Part shown: piece after piece, positions 1-13,404 of the stretch
Layout: each line of letters begins with the position of its first letter
Position numbering within the stretch: the stretch's first letter is position 1
Notes under the pieces: generated by a model
The model's database searches: none
Seen by the model: the letters and a program-made list of their open reading frames with translations, nothing else
What the model was told of the DNA's origin: nothing
Assembly (NCBI GenBank): GCA_002269645.1
Contig: NIVC01000386.1
Coordinates: forward strand, 1-64,000
Reading direction: 5' to 3'
DNA from: Macrostomum lignano
Lineage: Eukaryota
DNA length: 64,000 nt
Made by a program: the position numbers and the translations under genes

Positions 1-2202
1 CTTTAGCTCAACATCGCAGCCACTAATCATGCAAATGAGCACGCATCGCCTGTTACTATGCTCCATCTTGCCATCTGCTTCTAGTAGACGGACGGGTCTG
101 TTTGCTTCTCTCCACCCTGTATGTATTATCTAGTGTGAACTCCCTGACAACTGCACAGGGAATAATGCAGGCAGATGGCTGCTGCTGTCTTATCTGACTG
201 ACTATGCGCTGATAATAAGAGAGTAAGAGAAGCTGACTCAAATCTGTGCTGAAAGCTGAAAACAGAGTTGTTGAGCTAATGAGAGTCAGCCGCTTCATTA
301 GCGAGCAGGCATTCCCATCCTGCTCAAGCGCAGTAACTCTGCGTTTTCGCCGATTGTTCCATTCCATGCCTAAAGTGCAGGGCCGCCTGCTGCCGCAGAC
401 TGAAGTCTCATATTCGCGTCCTGTCTGTCTAAAACGAACAAGGCAGTAAAGTCTTATTCTGCTGCGATTCTCCACCTGCTTTTTTGAGCCTCCTGGCCGC
501 CTTCCTCCCTTTGATCTGCGCTTCCGAGCAGCTCTTTATGCATTGGTGTGGCTCGTCTCCGCTCCACGAGCTCGGCAAAGGCCTCTTCTGCGAGCTCCTG
601 CCGGCTGTGCCGAATACCTTTGTGCGGCTTGTGATGAAGACGAAATCGCTTCATTTTTATCTGGGATTCTCAGGCTGGGCCAGGTTCAGAAAGTTTTAAT
701 TGTGTTAATTAGCTTCACAGATCTTCAGTAGGATTCTTTAGATTCTGATTTGAAGATACCTGGTAAGATCTCGGGCACAGTAATTAGTAATCAAAATTGA
801 GACTCAGAATCAGGATCTTATCCATGACTCCGAATCAGAATCAGGGATCTTGGGACCCGTAATTGAAATCTGGGATCTTAGCTAGTATCTCTAACACTCG
901 GATGTCTGCGGACTTAGGATCTGGTACTCTGAGTCGGATATCTGGGACTCAGAAGGGGGATTCTGGCTCTTCGAATCCGATATTTGGCGTAATTATCGGC
1001 TAGGGATTTTCATAGAAATCAGACTGACATAGTTGCTATGGAATTAAGTGTAGATTATGAACTCATAATCCGGGATCGACATTTGGAATCCCAAATAGTC
1101 TGTTATTACGAGCTTCGTATCCTTGATTTGTGTTATGCGCGCCTAATAAATGCCCACCCCGCCTGTACTGTTCGGGATGAGTGGCCGAGCGGGTCCAATA
1201 ACTAAGGATATGCATGTCGTTGTGGACTGAAGGGGGAATTGGGGAGGTGCAGTGAATTACGGCCAGGCCTCTGCTCAGCAATCAGTGGCTGCCTTACCAG
1301 GGCTGGTAAATAATAAATCTGTCTACCTCTGCTTTCAAAGCGATTCACTTTCTACTTGGCATCGCTGCCGTACTCAGCTTGAGTAGTGCTCATATAGCTC
1401 GTAGCTCATTTGTCTCTTGCCAGCTCGTGTGCCGAATCGCGCTGGAAGAGTGGAAGGCACCGGCGCACGCAGAAGGGCGCTGGGGAGTAGCGGGCCTGAG
1501 TGGCCTAGTCAGCTTGAGTGGGATGAGTCCCCAGTTTTTTTGTCGCCCGCTCTGATGAAGCCTCGCTCTATGGGAAGGTGAGAGCCGGAGGCTGAGGAGG
1601 GAAGAGGATAGGAGAATATGAGGCGAAGATGCCAGGTCTGCTAAGGTAGCGGGCAGGCGAGGGAGGATGGGAAGAGAGAAAGAAAATGGGACATCTGCCT
1701 GCTTCCTCCCTACTTGCTCTTCGTCTTCCTTTGGCTTCTGTTAAAGCGATGCGGGAGGGGCACGGATGATGAGGCTTAAGGAGGAGGCGCGGATGAAGGA
1801 GCCGGGATGCTGGGCCCGGTTGGAGACGGCGCCCCGCGGCCTATCGGCTCCTCCAATCCTCTTTATTATTTTTTGGCGAGCCCCTGTGGCTGCTCCCGCT
1901 CTGCCCTCCCTTCCCGGCTGCCCGCCCCCCTCCTTCGGTAGCTACTACTTCTTCGGCTGCCTTGAAGAATTGGTGCGCAGCCATTCTTGAGTTCTTCCCG
2001 TTTCCTCCCGCCCTTCTCTGCTGCTCGCATCTCCCCCGTGGTCCCCTGCGACCTCCCTAACTACTTTGTATAAAATAGATAGAGAGATAAGCATCGCCGG
2101 GCATTTCCCTGCGCCTCCAAAGAGTTGATCTGCTGATACCCGGAGCTGTGGCCGCTCTCCGAGCCTAACGCTGCAGTCAGTTTTCTATCGAGTGGCTCAA
2201 CA

Positions 2203-2517
2203 GTGGAGCCCGATCAGAGATCGCAGCAGCCGCTGCCGCAGCGACGGAGTCTGGCTTCTCCCACTAGCCGACTTCGCGTTGGCATTGGCAGCGGCGGTGG
2301 CGTTGGAGGCCGCGGTGGCGGAGTCGGAGGCAGCAGCGGCGGCGGCGGCCTGTTGTCGGTGTCGGGACATGCCGCGCAGCTGCAGTTGCAGCAGCAGCGC
2401 CGTCTGTCGATCCCCGGCATCCGCATCACCCCCTGCGCCGCCGGCCGCGCCTCGGCCGAATTCTCGTCCGGCTTCCTGTCGCCTGGCAGCATTCTGGACC
2501 TGCGGCAGCGGCGGCGG
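2203..2517 (+). CDS. Candidate upstream exon of MAST (..RRLSIPGIRIT..FLSPGSILDLRQRRR)
   Basis: GC-rich coding-like ORF ending at donor CGG|GTGAGG in phase 0, compatible with the 15403 acceptor. No in-frame ATG, so the 5' boundary is unknown. Confidence 0.5.
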
Positions 2518-5102
2518 GTGAGGCTGGGCATTGGCGAATGAAGCCGCTGTGTGCGGACTGCCAATATGACCGTTGTGGGTTACGGAATATAGTGGATTGC
2601 TAATCTAGTCAACATGGAGAAAGGATAAAATGTAATCGTTGAATTTCTAGTCAACAATATGCGTGAAAGCCTGCTCTGTTTGATTTTTTTGCTCTCTCCC
2701 AGCTCAAACTCCAGGTTCCCAATCACTTCTGATGCACTTTAGCAATTCCCGCATCAACACCGGCGAATGTAATTCCACGCAGTCATCTCAGTCAGAATGA
2801 AGCTGGAATTTCTGCCGGAGTCTCTCGGCTCCTGCGTCGTCGGCTACAACAGGCTGTTAATGCGCTGGGCTGCCGCATTACCGGCTTAATTAATTAGAAC
2901 GAGCCGCTTTGGGGAATCTGTGGGAGCGCTAGGGATTGAGTGCCGGATGAGCAGGTCCCACTGGAGCCTGTTGAGTCCCTATGGAATGAGGAAGCTAGCG
3001 AGGCCCAGCAGGGTTCTCGAGAGATGCCCAATTTTAGAGTAGTGGCTGGGAATGAAATTTCTCAGGCTCTAATCGGCTCCGACTGCTCAGTTAAGCAATC
3101 ATTTTTGGCGATGAAATTAATGATGCGCGAAAGCGTTCTTCGTCTTTGGCCCTGTTCTGCTCAGCTGTGACTTCGCAGCTTGTCTGTCTCAGTTTGGTTC
3201 TCAGTCTGATTTGAGTCGCTTTTTATCGTCTTTTGGCTAAAACTGCTTGTCTCTAGCGTTCGAAAAATGCGTTCGGTTTTGCATCTGATCCCATGGTCGA
3301 TCTGCTTGATGGTTAAAGCTGCTCCAAATCAATGCGACAGTCGACCTGCAGCCAGCGAAGAGGCACATGCGTACACAGGCACTCACAGTGTACAGCAGCC
3401 CTAATTTTCTACCTAAGTTACCAATGAGCAACTCTGCCCCACCCCTATCCATCCCCGACTCTGAGTAGTGAAACAGTTTGACTTCTCGCCGACTTGTATG
3501 GGTTCGATTCTCCGCTCGCGTGCTCGGCCGCATTAAATTTGGGTTCGAGCGCAGGAACTGGCCTGAGGCTGGTTGCAAGTTCACTGTCTTGACAATGAGA
3601 ATGTCGAGGCCGCTGTGCACCCTGTATGCGATGTAGGCTCGGCATAACTGCATCCTCACTCACAGCGGGTAAACTGTCTTAATTTTAATGCGCAGCAAAA
3701 ACTCCGCGACTTAACTCGCTACAATATCCCATCTATCTATTCCGTCTATCGGTCTATCGTAGCTACTTTTGATCCCCCAGGTCTCCCAAGCCCGTTTTCA
3801 CCCAGACCGGAAGCGGGTTCGGCAATGGCATCGAAAATTTTTTGCCAGCATCCCATTTCGCTCGTCCATATTTCTCTCCGTTTTCTTCCTTTAAGCTTCC
3901 GGAATCCCCCAGCCTTCAAATCTAGTCTCTTCTTAGCCTGAATTTGTTGGGAATTTTATACCCTCAAAAGCGGCGCCTTCATTTTCGGGTTGCTCCTGTG
4001 CGCATTTCCCGATAAGCAGCCGTGTGACATTGGCAGGCTGTGACGGCCGGTAGAATGGTGCGCACTTGCGTCTCTGTGCCTCGCGGCTGTCGGAATTCCG
4101 CTGCACTTTTATCTCGGTTTGATGTGGAATCAAGCAGTCCGGTTTCTCCAGGGACAGAGAGGGACATTGCTGCCCTGCTTGCCGCCTCAGCACAGCCACT
4201 TCTATATGGCATTTGGAGCTGATTGCGACTTGATTTTTATTTGCCTACAGGCTGGCTCGGCTGGTAGTGTCTCTGTAATGCTGCTCTACCAGTCCGCTCT
4301 TCTATGCGTATCGGTTATATCTTCTGTCTCTCATGTCTCAATCAATTTGCTCTTGTATCTATACTAGGCCGCTCTTTTATCCCAGTTATAGTCTCAATCG
4401 CTTATATTTCAACGAATTTGTTGCTAAGTACTACTCTTCAATAGTGTCTCTGCAATCTCAATGAGCCTTCAGCCCAGTCTTGCAGGTATTCTACAATATC
4501 AGCCTGTCATTTCGTCTGTCCAAGCAGTCCGGCCTTGGGAGAAAATTTGACTAGAAAAAGGAAACTCTTGCAGCTTCAGCTGGGCCGTGTTGGGTGATGA
4601 AAAAATTGAGCAGCATATTGACTGACATCGCCTCGGTCGGCGCAGAGAGAGGAGGGAGGCAGGAAGCTTTTATACGTGACTTTCCTGCGATTCGAGCCCG
4701 CAATTCCGCCTGCAATTTCGTGCAGAGCCATGCGACTTCTGCCTGTCAGGAGCGGCACAATGAGGGAGGGGCGAGGCAGAAATTTCTGTTCGACACGACA
4801 CGAGCTTTTAATTTTGTGTTGTCGAAATGCCTTTGTGTTTTCTGCGTCCGCCCGAGGGAGGCCGTCTTAATTAATACCCTCTTTTTACCTGCCATGGCTA
4901 GTCTTTGTTTTCGCCGCCGCCCCCGCTTTGCGGCTGATCGGGTGTGAGGCCTCTGAATCCTAATGATGCTCTGTGACAGGGGAACGCCTTGAGCAGTATT
5001 CGAGAATCTTCCTGTTTGAAATCATTTCCTAGTAGAACGGCAGTTTTGTTTGTTTTGCTTGCTGTTAGGTTGAAAAGGTTGAATGGCGAAAGCCATTAGG
5101 TA

Positions 5103-5725
5103 GTTTCAGTCGGGTAGAATACTCGAGGGTGGGATTCTTGTGAATTGGATAGTTTTAGTTGGGTAGGATAGGTGGGATTTTTGTGAGTTGGATACGATAA
5201 GTGGGATTTTTGTGAGTTGGGTACGATAAGTGGGATTTTTGTGAGTTGGGTACGATAGGTTGGATTTTTGTGAGTTGGGTAGGATAGGTGGGTAGGATAG
5301 GTCGGATTCTTGTGAGTTGGGTACGATAAGTGGGATTTTTTTGAGTTGGGTAGGATAGGTGGGTAGGATAGGTCGGATTATTGTGAGTTGGGTACGATAA
5401 GTGGGATTTTTGTGAGTTAGGTAGGATAGGTGGGTAGGATAGGTCGGATTCTTGTGAGTTGGGTAGGATAGGTGGGATTCTTGTGAGTTGAGTAGGATAG
5501 GTGGGATTCTTGTGAGTTGGGTAGGATAGGTGGGATTCTTGTGAGTTGGGTAGGATAGGTGGGATTCTTGTGAGTTGGGTAGGATAGGTGGGATTCTTGT
5601 GAGTTGGGTAGGATAGGTGGGATTCTTGTGAGTTGGGTAGGATAGGTGGGATTCTTGTGAGTTGGGTAGTTTCAGTTGGGTAGGATAGGTGGGCTTCTTG
5701 TGAGTTGGGTAGTTTCAGTTGGGTC
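5103..5725. repeat. ~29-bp minisatellite (GTGAGTTGGGTAGGATAGGTGGGATTCTT) with variant units
   Basis: Tandem units visible directly. Confidence 0.95.
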
Positions 5726-8700
5726 AATTTCACGTTGATTATTTTGTCGAGTTTCAGACACCTGTTCGTATTTATTTAGCAGCTATATCTATTTTTGAGG
5801 TAGGAAGTTTTTAGCAACTATAGTCGGTACACGCGCACCTGTTTCAATATAAGCAAGCAAATCCTGCTTTGCAGCCACGCAGTTGCTCTGCAATTCTTGC
5901 CCAGCTTTCTGCTCTGAGCGCGGACAAACGGGTCATTGCGTGGCCCCGCCTGCTTGAGCAGAGGCTGTGTTCCGGCATAGAGTTGTAGCAGCCTTTGCTC
6001 CTCTCAGAGCATGGGATTCTGTGCACCTGGGCTCGTCTCTTACACGTGAATCCCGTCTGTCCCAACTCCTAATTCCTACTCAACTTTTCGTCAGCTAGAT
6101 CAAATAGAGAAGGAAATGCAGTTGCTGCTGCAAGCACTTGGCCAGGTGAACTATCAAAATTGTATTGACAAGTTGGGCATCGCCTCAGATTTTCAGAGTT
6201 CAAACACCTATGCTAAATTTTGTACTAAAAATGTCTGAGCTGATTGCACGACCAGATTTCGTTGGCGCGACCCATATTTGCTACTGTAGCAGTCGGCCTA
6301 TAAAATCCCTAGTTGAAGCTGATAAACTTGTTAATGAAGGCTCGAGGATTTCATTCGTCTGCCTTGCTAGTGGGCCGCTCGTGTTGTGAAATTGGATATA
6401 CATTTTTATGGAAAATTTTCACTTCTCACACTACTCTCAGTAGAGAACATGGCGTAATGCAAGTATAAAAACACTGGAGAACGGCTTGGCCTTTTAACTA
6501 CAGTCTGCCTGTGGCGGCTTCTATTTGCTTCGGTGACAACTGGCGAACTAAATCGGGTGTGCGGCGGCTGCATTGTTTTTGTCCGAAATTCCAGTCCGAA
6601 ATTGCTTTTGTCCATAGTAGCAGCGGCATCAGTAGTTTCTGATTGCCCTTCCCCGTTCATCCCTCTCCGCAGACCGGCGTTCCTCCTGTGTCTCAATAAT
6701 TAATCTTAGTCTTGCGTCCTCGCTGGCCCGGCAGTGATGACCCACCGAGCACTTCTTGGCCCAGTCCAGCTGGCTACGCACTTATCTCTCTAAGGTCTGT
6801 CTGTTTATGTCCGGAATTCTGCTGAGTATTTATGCCTGGCCTATATGCCTAGTACTACAGTGCCATGATTTTATGCCGCTGCAATGGGGCCGACTGAAAT
6901 TGCTAATTTTATACTTTCGGCGCGCTATCGCAGCGCTGCTGGCCGGCCGCGCAATGTGAAAGAAGAGGAAATGAAAAAATGAACGCTGCGGATGTTGAAC
7001 TGAGAGACGAGAGAGTCTCGGGTTGATGAAAAATTGCAGAATTTTATAATCTTCATCTGCAGAATCCCCAACTGCAATTAGTTTTGCTTCGCTGCCAGCA
7101 GATGCCTCGGTATGGAGACTGATCCCCCCGCCTTTTCCTGCCTCCCCTGGGGGCATAAATCAACAACACCCAATAAGCAGGAGAAAGCTACGCCTTGTGT
7201 TTTTCTGTTCGGGCCGATTTGACTAATAGTAAATTATCATTAGGCTGGTCATGTGGCCGAGAATTCTGTTTTTGTTGCCACAACAAGCTCAAAATGTATC
7301 CAGCCGTGCCACTAGTTGCGTCGAAATGAGAAGTCTAGTGCTCCTTGAAACAGGCGAAATGTACTCTTACCACCATCTGCAGAGGGCGTGACTTTGTGAA
7401 GATCTTGGTGTTCGTGCTTCGGAGTTTTTCTCCCTAAGACTACTTGAAGATCCGCACTTTTCCTGTGTTTTTCCTGTGGCAAGGCAGGTAGAACGTCACG
7501 CCATTCACGATCTGGAGCCACTGCGTAAACTATTTATATTTCGATCTCGGCTCTGCCTTTGTCGCTGGCGCCCAACCTCCGATCTGTAAATTGCACTTTG
7601 TAAATCATTCTGCCCATGGCGGATAAAAGAAAGGAATAATGGATGAACTGTCTGTGCTCCCTGATCTCGGTTCGGTGCAGTGCTGATGTACTTGATACTG
7701 CTGGCCGCTGAGGATGAAGATACCAGACTCTTCTTGGCCTGGCCTGTCATCGCCAATCTGGGAGACTTCGGGCCGCAACTTACCGATTCTTTGAAGGCAC
7801 TGACGGGCGATACGGCCGATAGTGCAGCTGTACTTTTGTGCCATTCCTCCTGTTAACTTCGGTCTGTGTTCTTTCGGGATTGCGATTGGCTTGGGATTGA
7901 CAAAGCGAAGCCGTTAGTGAATAATGGGCGTCAGTTGTTGGGCAATAAATTTCCAGCCGTTCTCATCAATTATCTGTTCTGCTCTGCGGGTTGCGGCCTC
8001 GGCCCGAAAATTGAAAAAAAGATCTTATAAACTAATGGCTTTTATTAGAATTGGGCAGAAAAAACCTTTTAAAATTTTCCTATTCCTTCACTCTTTTAAA
8101 GCTCTTCCCGTCCTCTTAGCAGCCGCATCAATTGGCGCTGAGCGGATTGTCGCAAAGCCTCTATTGTAGTTGCTGGCCCCGGTTTTTGGTTGCCTACCGT
8201 CAATTCGTTTGAGTGCCAGGCTGCTTGATGAGTCACATGATTTGATAGCTGAGTTGATAGTTGTACTTTATTTGTTAGAAAGTTTAGGCTTACTAGCGAC
8301 TTATTTTTGGGTAACCTATCCGGGTAGCTTTGGGTGGATAATTCAGTACCTAATTACTGAAATGTTTAATCATGTTGAAATGTTGAAAGGTTAGCAGCTG
8401 ATTTGGCAGGGTAATTTGAGTAGTTCTAGCGTGATATTCACGCGTGTGGATTAGGAATCGATGCTCGTATTTAGCGAACACTATTTCTGTTACAAGACGG
8501 GGAAGCCATTGCTAGCTGTTTGCTGAGGCGTGCTTTTTCATTGATTTATTTGCACAAACTAGTGCGTAAGATGAGCCCGGCCGCTTTGACGTGCACTGTT
8601 TCACGGCTCGTGAGTTAAGTTACTTTATGGCTTCTCCCTTGAACTGCATCGGAATTTCATACGCCCGCAAGCGCGTCGTCGTGTCAGACAGCCCTGGCCG

Positions 8701-10247
8701 TTACGTGCCTCAGCACTCTCCTCTGGAAGTCGCTCCTTTCTGGATCCGGTCACTGTGGCCCTCTGAGCACCCCGTGAGCAGTGTACTTCTCTGACACACC
8801 CACATACGTCCGCCGCTTCTCTAGTTCCCATCTCCCCTCTATTCCTTCTCAAATTTCTCCCTCTAGCCACCCGCGCCTCTCTGATCCCGAGATCCCCAGT
8901 GCTCCCCTCCACCCTCTCTCATCCCTGTGGACAGCGGGATCGATTGTGCGCTCTCTGAGCGGCCGGAGTGGGATTCGGGAATTGAGAGCGGCCTGGCTGC
9001 GTGGCTGGGCTGGAATTGGACTTCTCAGCGCCCGCGTGTGTATTTGCTCCTGGCTAGTCCCTCCGTGAGGACGGGGGGAGCGCAGTGGCGGGGCTTGATG
9101 AGCTCTTGGCTCAGTCTAGCCAAAGACCCTTGGCTGACTCATACGCGTCATTCGCGACCTTTGAAGCCGATCTGGCAATGCTAGGAGTATGCATCTCTGC
9201 AGGCTAAGGCTCTGCTTGCCTTATTGATTGACCACGGTACTGATCAGATTTTCAATCGGGCGGGTTGATCTCTGCATCTGCTGGATCTGCTAATCCAGCT
9301 TCATCCAACCTGAACTGCTCTTTTAATCCGCAACCTCGAGTAGCCTGCTTTGCTGTTCGAGCTCTGGAGCGTGTCCCCCCCCTCCGGCTTCCGTTTCTCC
9401 CGCCTCTGCGCCTTGTATGTGAGCTCAGCTCAGCTAGCAGGGGTGCGCGAGCTTTTTTTCGTCTCAAAACGGCGAGAGAACCGAGACAAAAACTGTTGCC
9501 TCCATCGCTGCAGGTTGTTTCTCCTCTACTGCTGCTGCAGCCTGAAGGGGCTTAGCGTGCGCGCCGCGGCCCAATGATAGTCGCCCAGGCCGCACAGCCC
9601 AGGGGAGACGGGCTGGGCGCTGGGATAAAATTGTCCTTCCTGCGCCTTCTCTCCCGGCCGGGTTTTGCCTCTCCGCATCCGCAGTGCCGCCCCACCCGCA
9701 CAGGCCTTCCGTCTGGCCGAGCAAATCCCCGGCAAAGCAGCACCAAGGAGCAGGGCGAAAATCTCACAGCCCAGCCCGCTCCTCCCATTCCGGCTGCCTG
9801 TTCGTGTCTTCTCCCCTGCTCCCATCTGCTGCGAGCTCATCTTCCAGTCAGTTGTCTGCTCCACCGCTTTCTGGCTCGGAGTTCGCGTGACAGTCGAGGC
9901 TCCACTGGGAGGCTGTTTTGTCAGAGGGAGTCGCTGGGGCTCGCACGAACGCAAACACTGGGACAGGCCGACTGGCATAGCTGCTCAAATTCGACTCACA
10001 TCGTCTGTCTGCGCCGAGAATGCCTCATGCCTAGAGCTCGGCAAACTGCTCTGCTGACACTTTTCAAATTAAGAAAGGCTCCTGAGCGAAGCTTTGAGCA
10101 GCAATGCTCAGACCGAGTGCTCAGTCGTGCCCGACGAATCGCCAGCATCACCGAGTTCGCTCCATCACCAGTGGCTGCCTGACCAGCTCATCCTCGTCAT
10201 CCTTTTCTGAGGCGCATTCTCCGTCTCCCCTGGTAACCGGCGCCTCG

Positions 10248-10397
10248 ATGCCGGCCCGGTTGCGTCATCGGCGAGCGATAGCCACCGCTGCTGCTGCCGC
10301 CGCTGGCAGCCACTCGGGCTCCGGCAGCTCAATTTCGCACGTCATTCTGCGGCGAAAGCCGCTGCTGAAAATGCCGCGGCCAAGGAGCTGCACTCTG
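10248..10397 (+). CDS. Candidate alternative 5' exon of MAST (MPARLRHRR..PRPRSCTL)
   Basis: ATG at 10248; donor CTG|GTATGA in phase 0, followed by a minisatellite as seen for the other MAST exons. Confidence 0.4.
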
Positions 10398-10679
10398 GTA
10401 TGAATGAGCCTCCAGTTGCCGTACTGTAGCCTAGAGTTAGGGGCTGTAATGGGCTGCACTTTTATGCAATCTTTGCGACTCTTACAGCCTCTTACAGTGC
10501 ATGACTCAATCTATGTATGACTTGTGGCCTCTAAAAATATTTACTGTGTGGCTCTTTGACTTTAACATCTGGCAGCTGATGTGAATTTGACTCGGCAAGC
10601 TTCTGTGACTCAAACTGAGAAACTGACAGTCTCAACGTGACTCTGACAGCCTCCATGCGAATTTTACAGTATTTGTGAC

Positions 10680-11060
10680 CCTGACAGCCTGTCCGACTCT
10701 GCCTGTCTCTGTTTGACTCTGCCAGTCTCTGTGTGACTCTACCAGCCTCTGTGTGACTGCCAGCTTCTGTGTGACTGCCAGCCTCTGTGTGACTCTGCCA
10801 GCCTCTGTGTGACTCTGCCAGCCTCTGTGTGACTCTGCCAGCCTCTGTGTGACTCTGCCAGCCTCTGTGTGACTGCCAGCCTCTGTGTGACTCTGCCAGC
10901 CTCTGTGTGACTACTAGCCTCTGTGTGACTACTAGCCTCTGTGTCACTCGGCCAGCCTCTGTGTGACTACTAGCCTCTGTGTGACTGCCAGCCTCTGTGT
11001 GACTGCCAGCCTCTGTGACTCTGCCAACGGTTGTGACTGTCAGCCTCTGTATGACTGCCA
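10680..11060. repeat. 18-20-bp minisatellite (GCCTCTGTGTGACT[CT]GCCA)
   Basis: Tandem units visible. Confidence 0.92.
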
Positions 11061-12259
11061 TCTGGTGTGACTGTCGGCCTCTGTTACTCTTGACTGTCAT
11101 CCAATTGTCTTTGCATTTCTCACAACTCTGTCGCCCTGTGCACAGCAGCTCTGTTTCAATCTACAGCTGGCTCTATTTCGGCAGCCGCTCCATATCCCTG
11201 ACAGGGTTGGTAAAATCCCTCAGAACTGAATAATTGCCGCCATTTTGAAAGTCCAGCCCGCTTTGCTTGCTTCTAAAGAGAATAGTGGCTGAGCGCTTTT
11301 GGAATAAATGCTTCTGTACAAATTTGGAGCGGCAATTTTGTCAGCAATTTCTCTCTTGAAAAGTTCAATAGCAAATTTGAAGCTGCCGAGTTGTGCTTTC
11401 ATTTCTGCTGCTGCGCCGGCAGACAGAAGGCCAGGAAATTAGCCGTCGGCAGATAAAAAGTCATCAAAGAAATTAGGGGAGGGGGGTGAGCTCTCCACAG
11501 CCCCGATTCCACATCCCCTTATTTCTCAACTGACGTCTGGCGCTTCTGACCAGCTCTCAATTTGCATAAATTCTCCTTCCCATCTCTGCCTCAACTGTGC
11601 TCATTGAGTTGCGCTGTCTGCAGCTCTGCCCCTCCGTCTGCTCCCCCTCCCCCCCCCCGGCCAGCCAGTTCGCAGCGGTTAGGAATTTTAAAGTTTCTTG
11701 ACAGTATTCTCCTTTTTAGTTAATCTTGGGGCAAAAGCAACACGGCTTATTGCCTGGATTCGCACAGGAGTGCGTTCGGCGCACTTCAGTTCAGCGGGGA
11801 GCGAGGCGGCACGGGACGGGCTGGCTGCAACAATAAACACTGCCGTGTTAGCAGCTCCACTGCCGTGCACTTTTCTCTGCTCTGCCACTCTGGCTCCCTC
11901 TTGGCTCGCCCTGCCACCCCTTCTTACTCTGCGCCACGGACTCAGAGCTGCCCCGACCTCACTGTGGAGTACCAGAGAGTGGACTGACCCTCAGTGTAGA
12001 GAGGGTGGGAGTGCAGCAAGGAGAGAGAGAGAGGCGGAGAAAGTCCCGTGCTCAGCTAAGTACTATAGTAGCTGCAGCTACAGTCGCCTGTCTGCAGGGC
12101 TTTGGCTTCCGAATTTCTGCAATAAAAGCGTGAGCAGAACAATCGAAAGCTTTGCCGACTCTCCGAGGTGGATTAGTGATAGAAGCTTGAGGAGGCCGGC
12201 TGCGGTGTGCAGTGAGAAAGGAGTTGAGAAGTGCTCAGACCGAGCTGGCGGCATGACTG

Positions 12260-12445
12260 ATGGACAGCCCCATCGCTGAGGACGATGACTATGTCTTTGC
12301 CAGCAGCCGCTCCTCTCCCGGCGGGCTGCTCAGCCTGCGACTGGCTCAGCAACAGGCCACTCAGCAGCCAGCGCCTCCGCTGTCCCCGCAGTTTCTTTTG
12401 CTGACACGGCCGAACTCCCTGCTGTACAGGCGGCGACGGCATCCG
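12260..12445 (+). CDS. Candidate alternative 5' exon of MAST (MDSPIAEDDD..LYRRRRHP)
   Basis: ATG at 12260; donor CCG|GTAATT in phase 0, compatible with the 15403 acceptor. Confidence 0.5.
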
Positions 12446-12529
12446 GTAATTTTGATGACAACGTCTGAAACTGCGGCAGATCAGCTGATCCTAGCTTGGC
12501 TGCACTGCCGGTGATCTGGCTTCCTTTGG

Positions 12530-12575
12530 TGTCTGTCTGTCTGTCTTATTGTCTGTCTGTGTCTGTCCGTGTCTT

Positions 12576-12626
<51 letters not shown>
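12530..12626. repeat. (GTCT)n microsatellite
   Basis: Direct observation. Confidence 0.95.
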
Positions 12627-13404
12627 TCCCATCCATCTCCGCCAGTCTCCGATGAAAGTCAGCCGCCATCCGTCACCCATCTTACATGCACCAGTGCACC
12701 CACATGCGGGCTGTGCACCGCCTGACCCGCAATGTCCGCCACCCACCCCAATGCGATTCGATTCCATAAACTGCCATGCTTCCCATCAAATTCCTGTTCG
12801 GCCCGCTCCCCTCTCTGACCCCTGGCCCCGCCAGCTCTCAAACTTCTACTTCTTTCAGTTATTGAAAATCTTTTTGGCTCATTGCAGCCTCGGCATGGCT
12901 CCGGGGTGGCGGTTGGGGCTGAATGAATGAACTGGATGGGGCCGGCATGCTGCGGCGGCACCTGCTGCCGAAATGCGGGCGCAGAGGCTGAGGCAGTGAG
13001 GGGAGAACTGAACGCAGTATGCTTTGAATTCCAAGGAATGTAAAGCTTCTGCTTGCCCGCTTCCTGGTGTCTGTCTGCCCGCCTGCCCCTCCTCTCCAGT
13101 TCCTCTTGACCTTGCGGAGGCGCTGCATAGATGCAGACTACGACGCATTCGTTCGGTTGCTGGGGCTTAGGGAGGCCCGAATGAACTCGCACCCTTCCCC
13201 TTTTTTGTTCGCCCGTCTCGATCTGGCGTTGTTCAAATTTTGCAGTCTATTAAATTCCGCGTCTGCGACTATTTAGGAGGAATGCCTGTGTCATTTTCTC
13301 TTGTCTGCCAGCCAGTCTGCGACTCTGATCTGTGCTGGGAACGGTGCACTGCGGCGTTTAAGCGCTTGTTTGTGTGCCGTCTGAGCGTTCTGTGCTTAGG
13401 GTAG

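Noticed and set aside
3495-3555. GGTTCGATTC T-loop-like motif
   Set aside because: No cloverleaf, acceptor stem or convincing A box.
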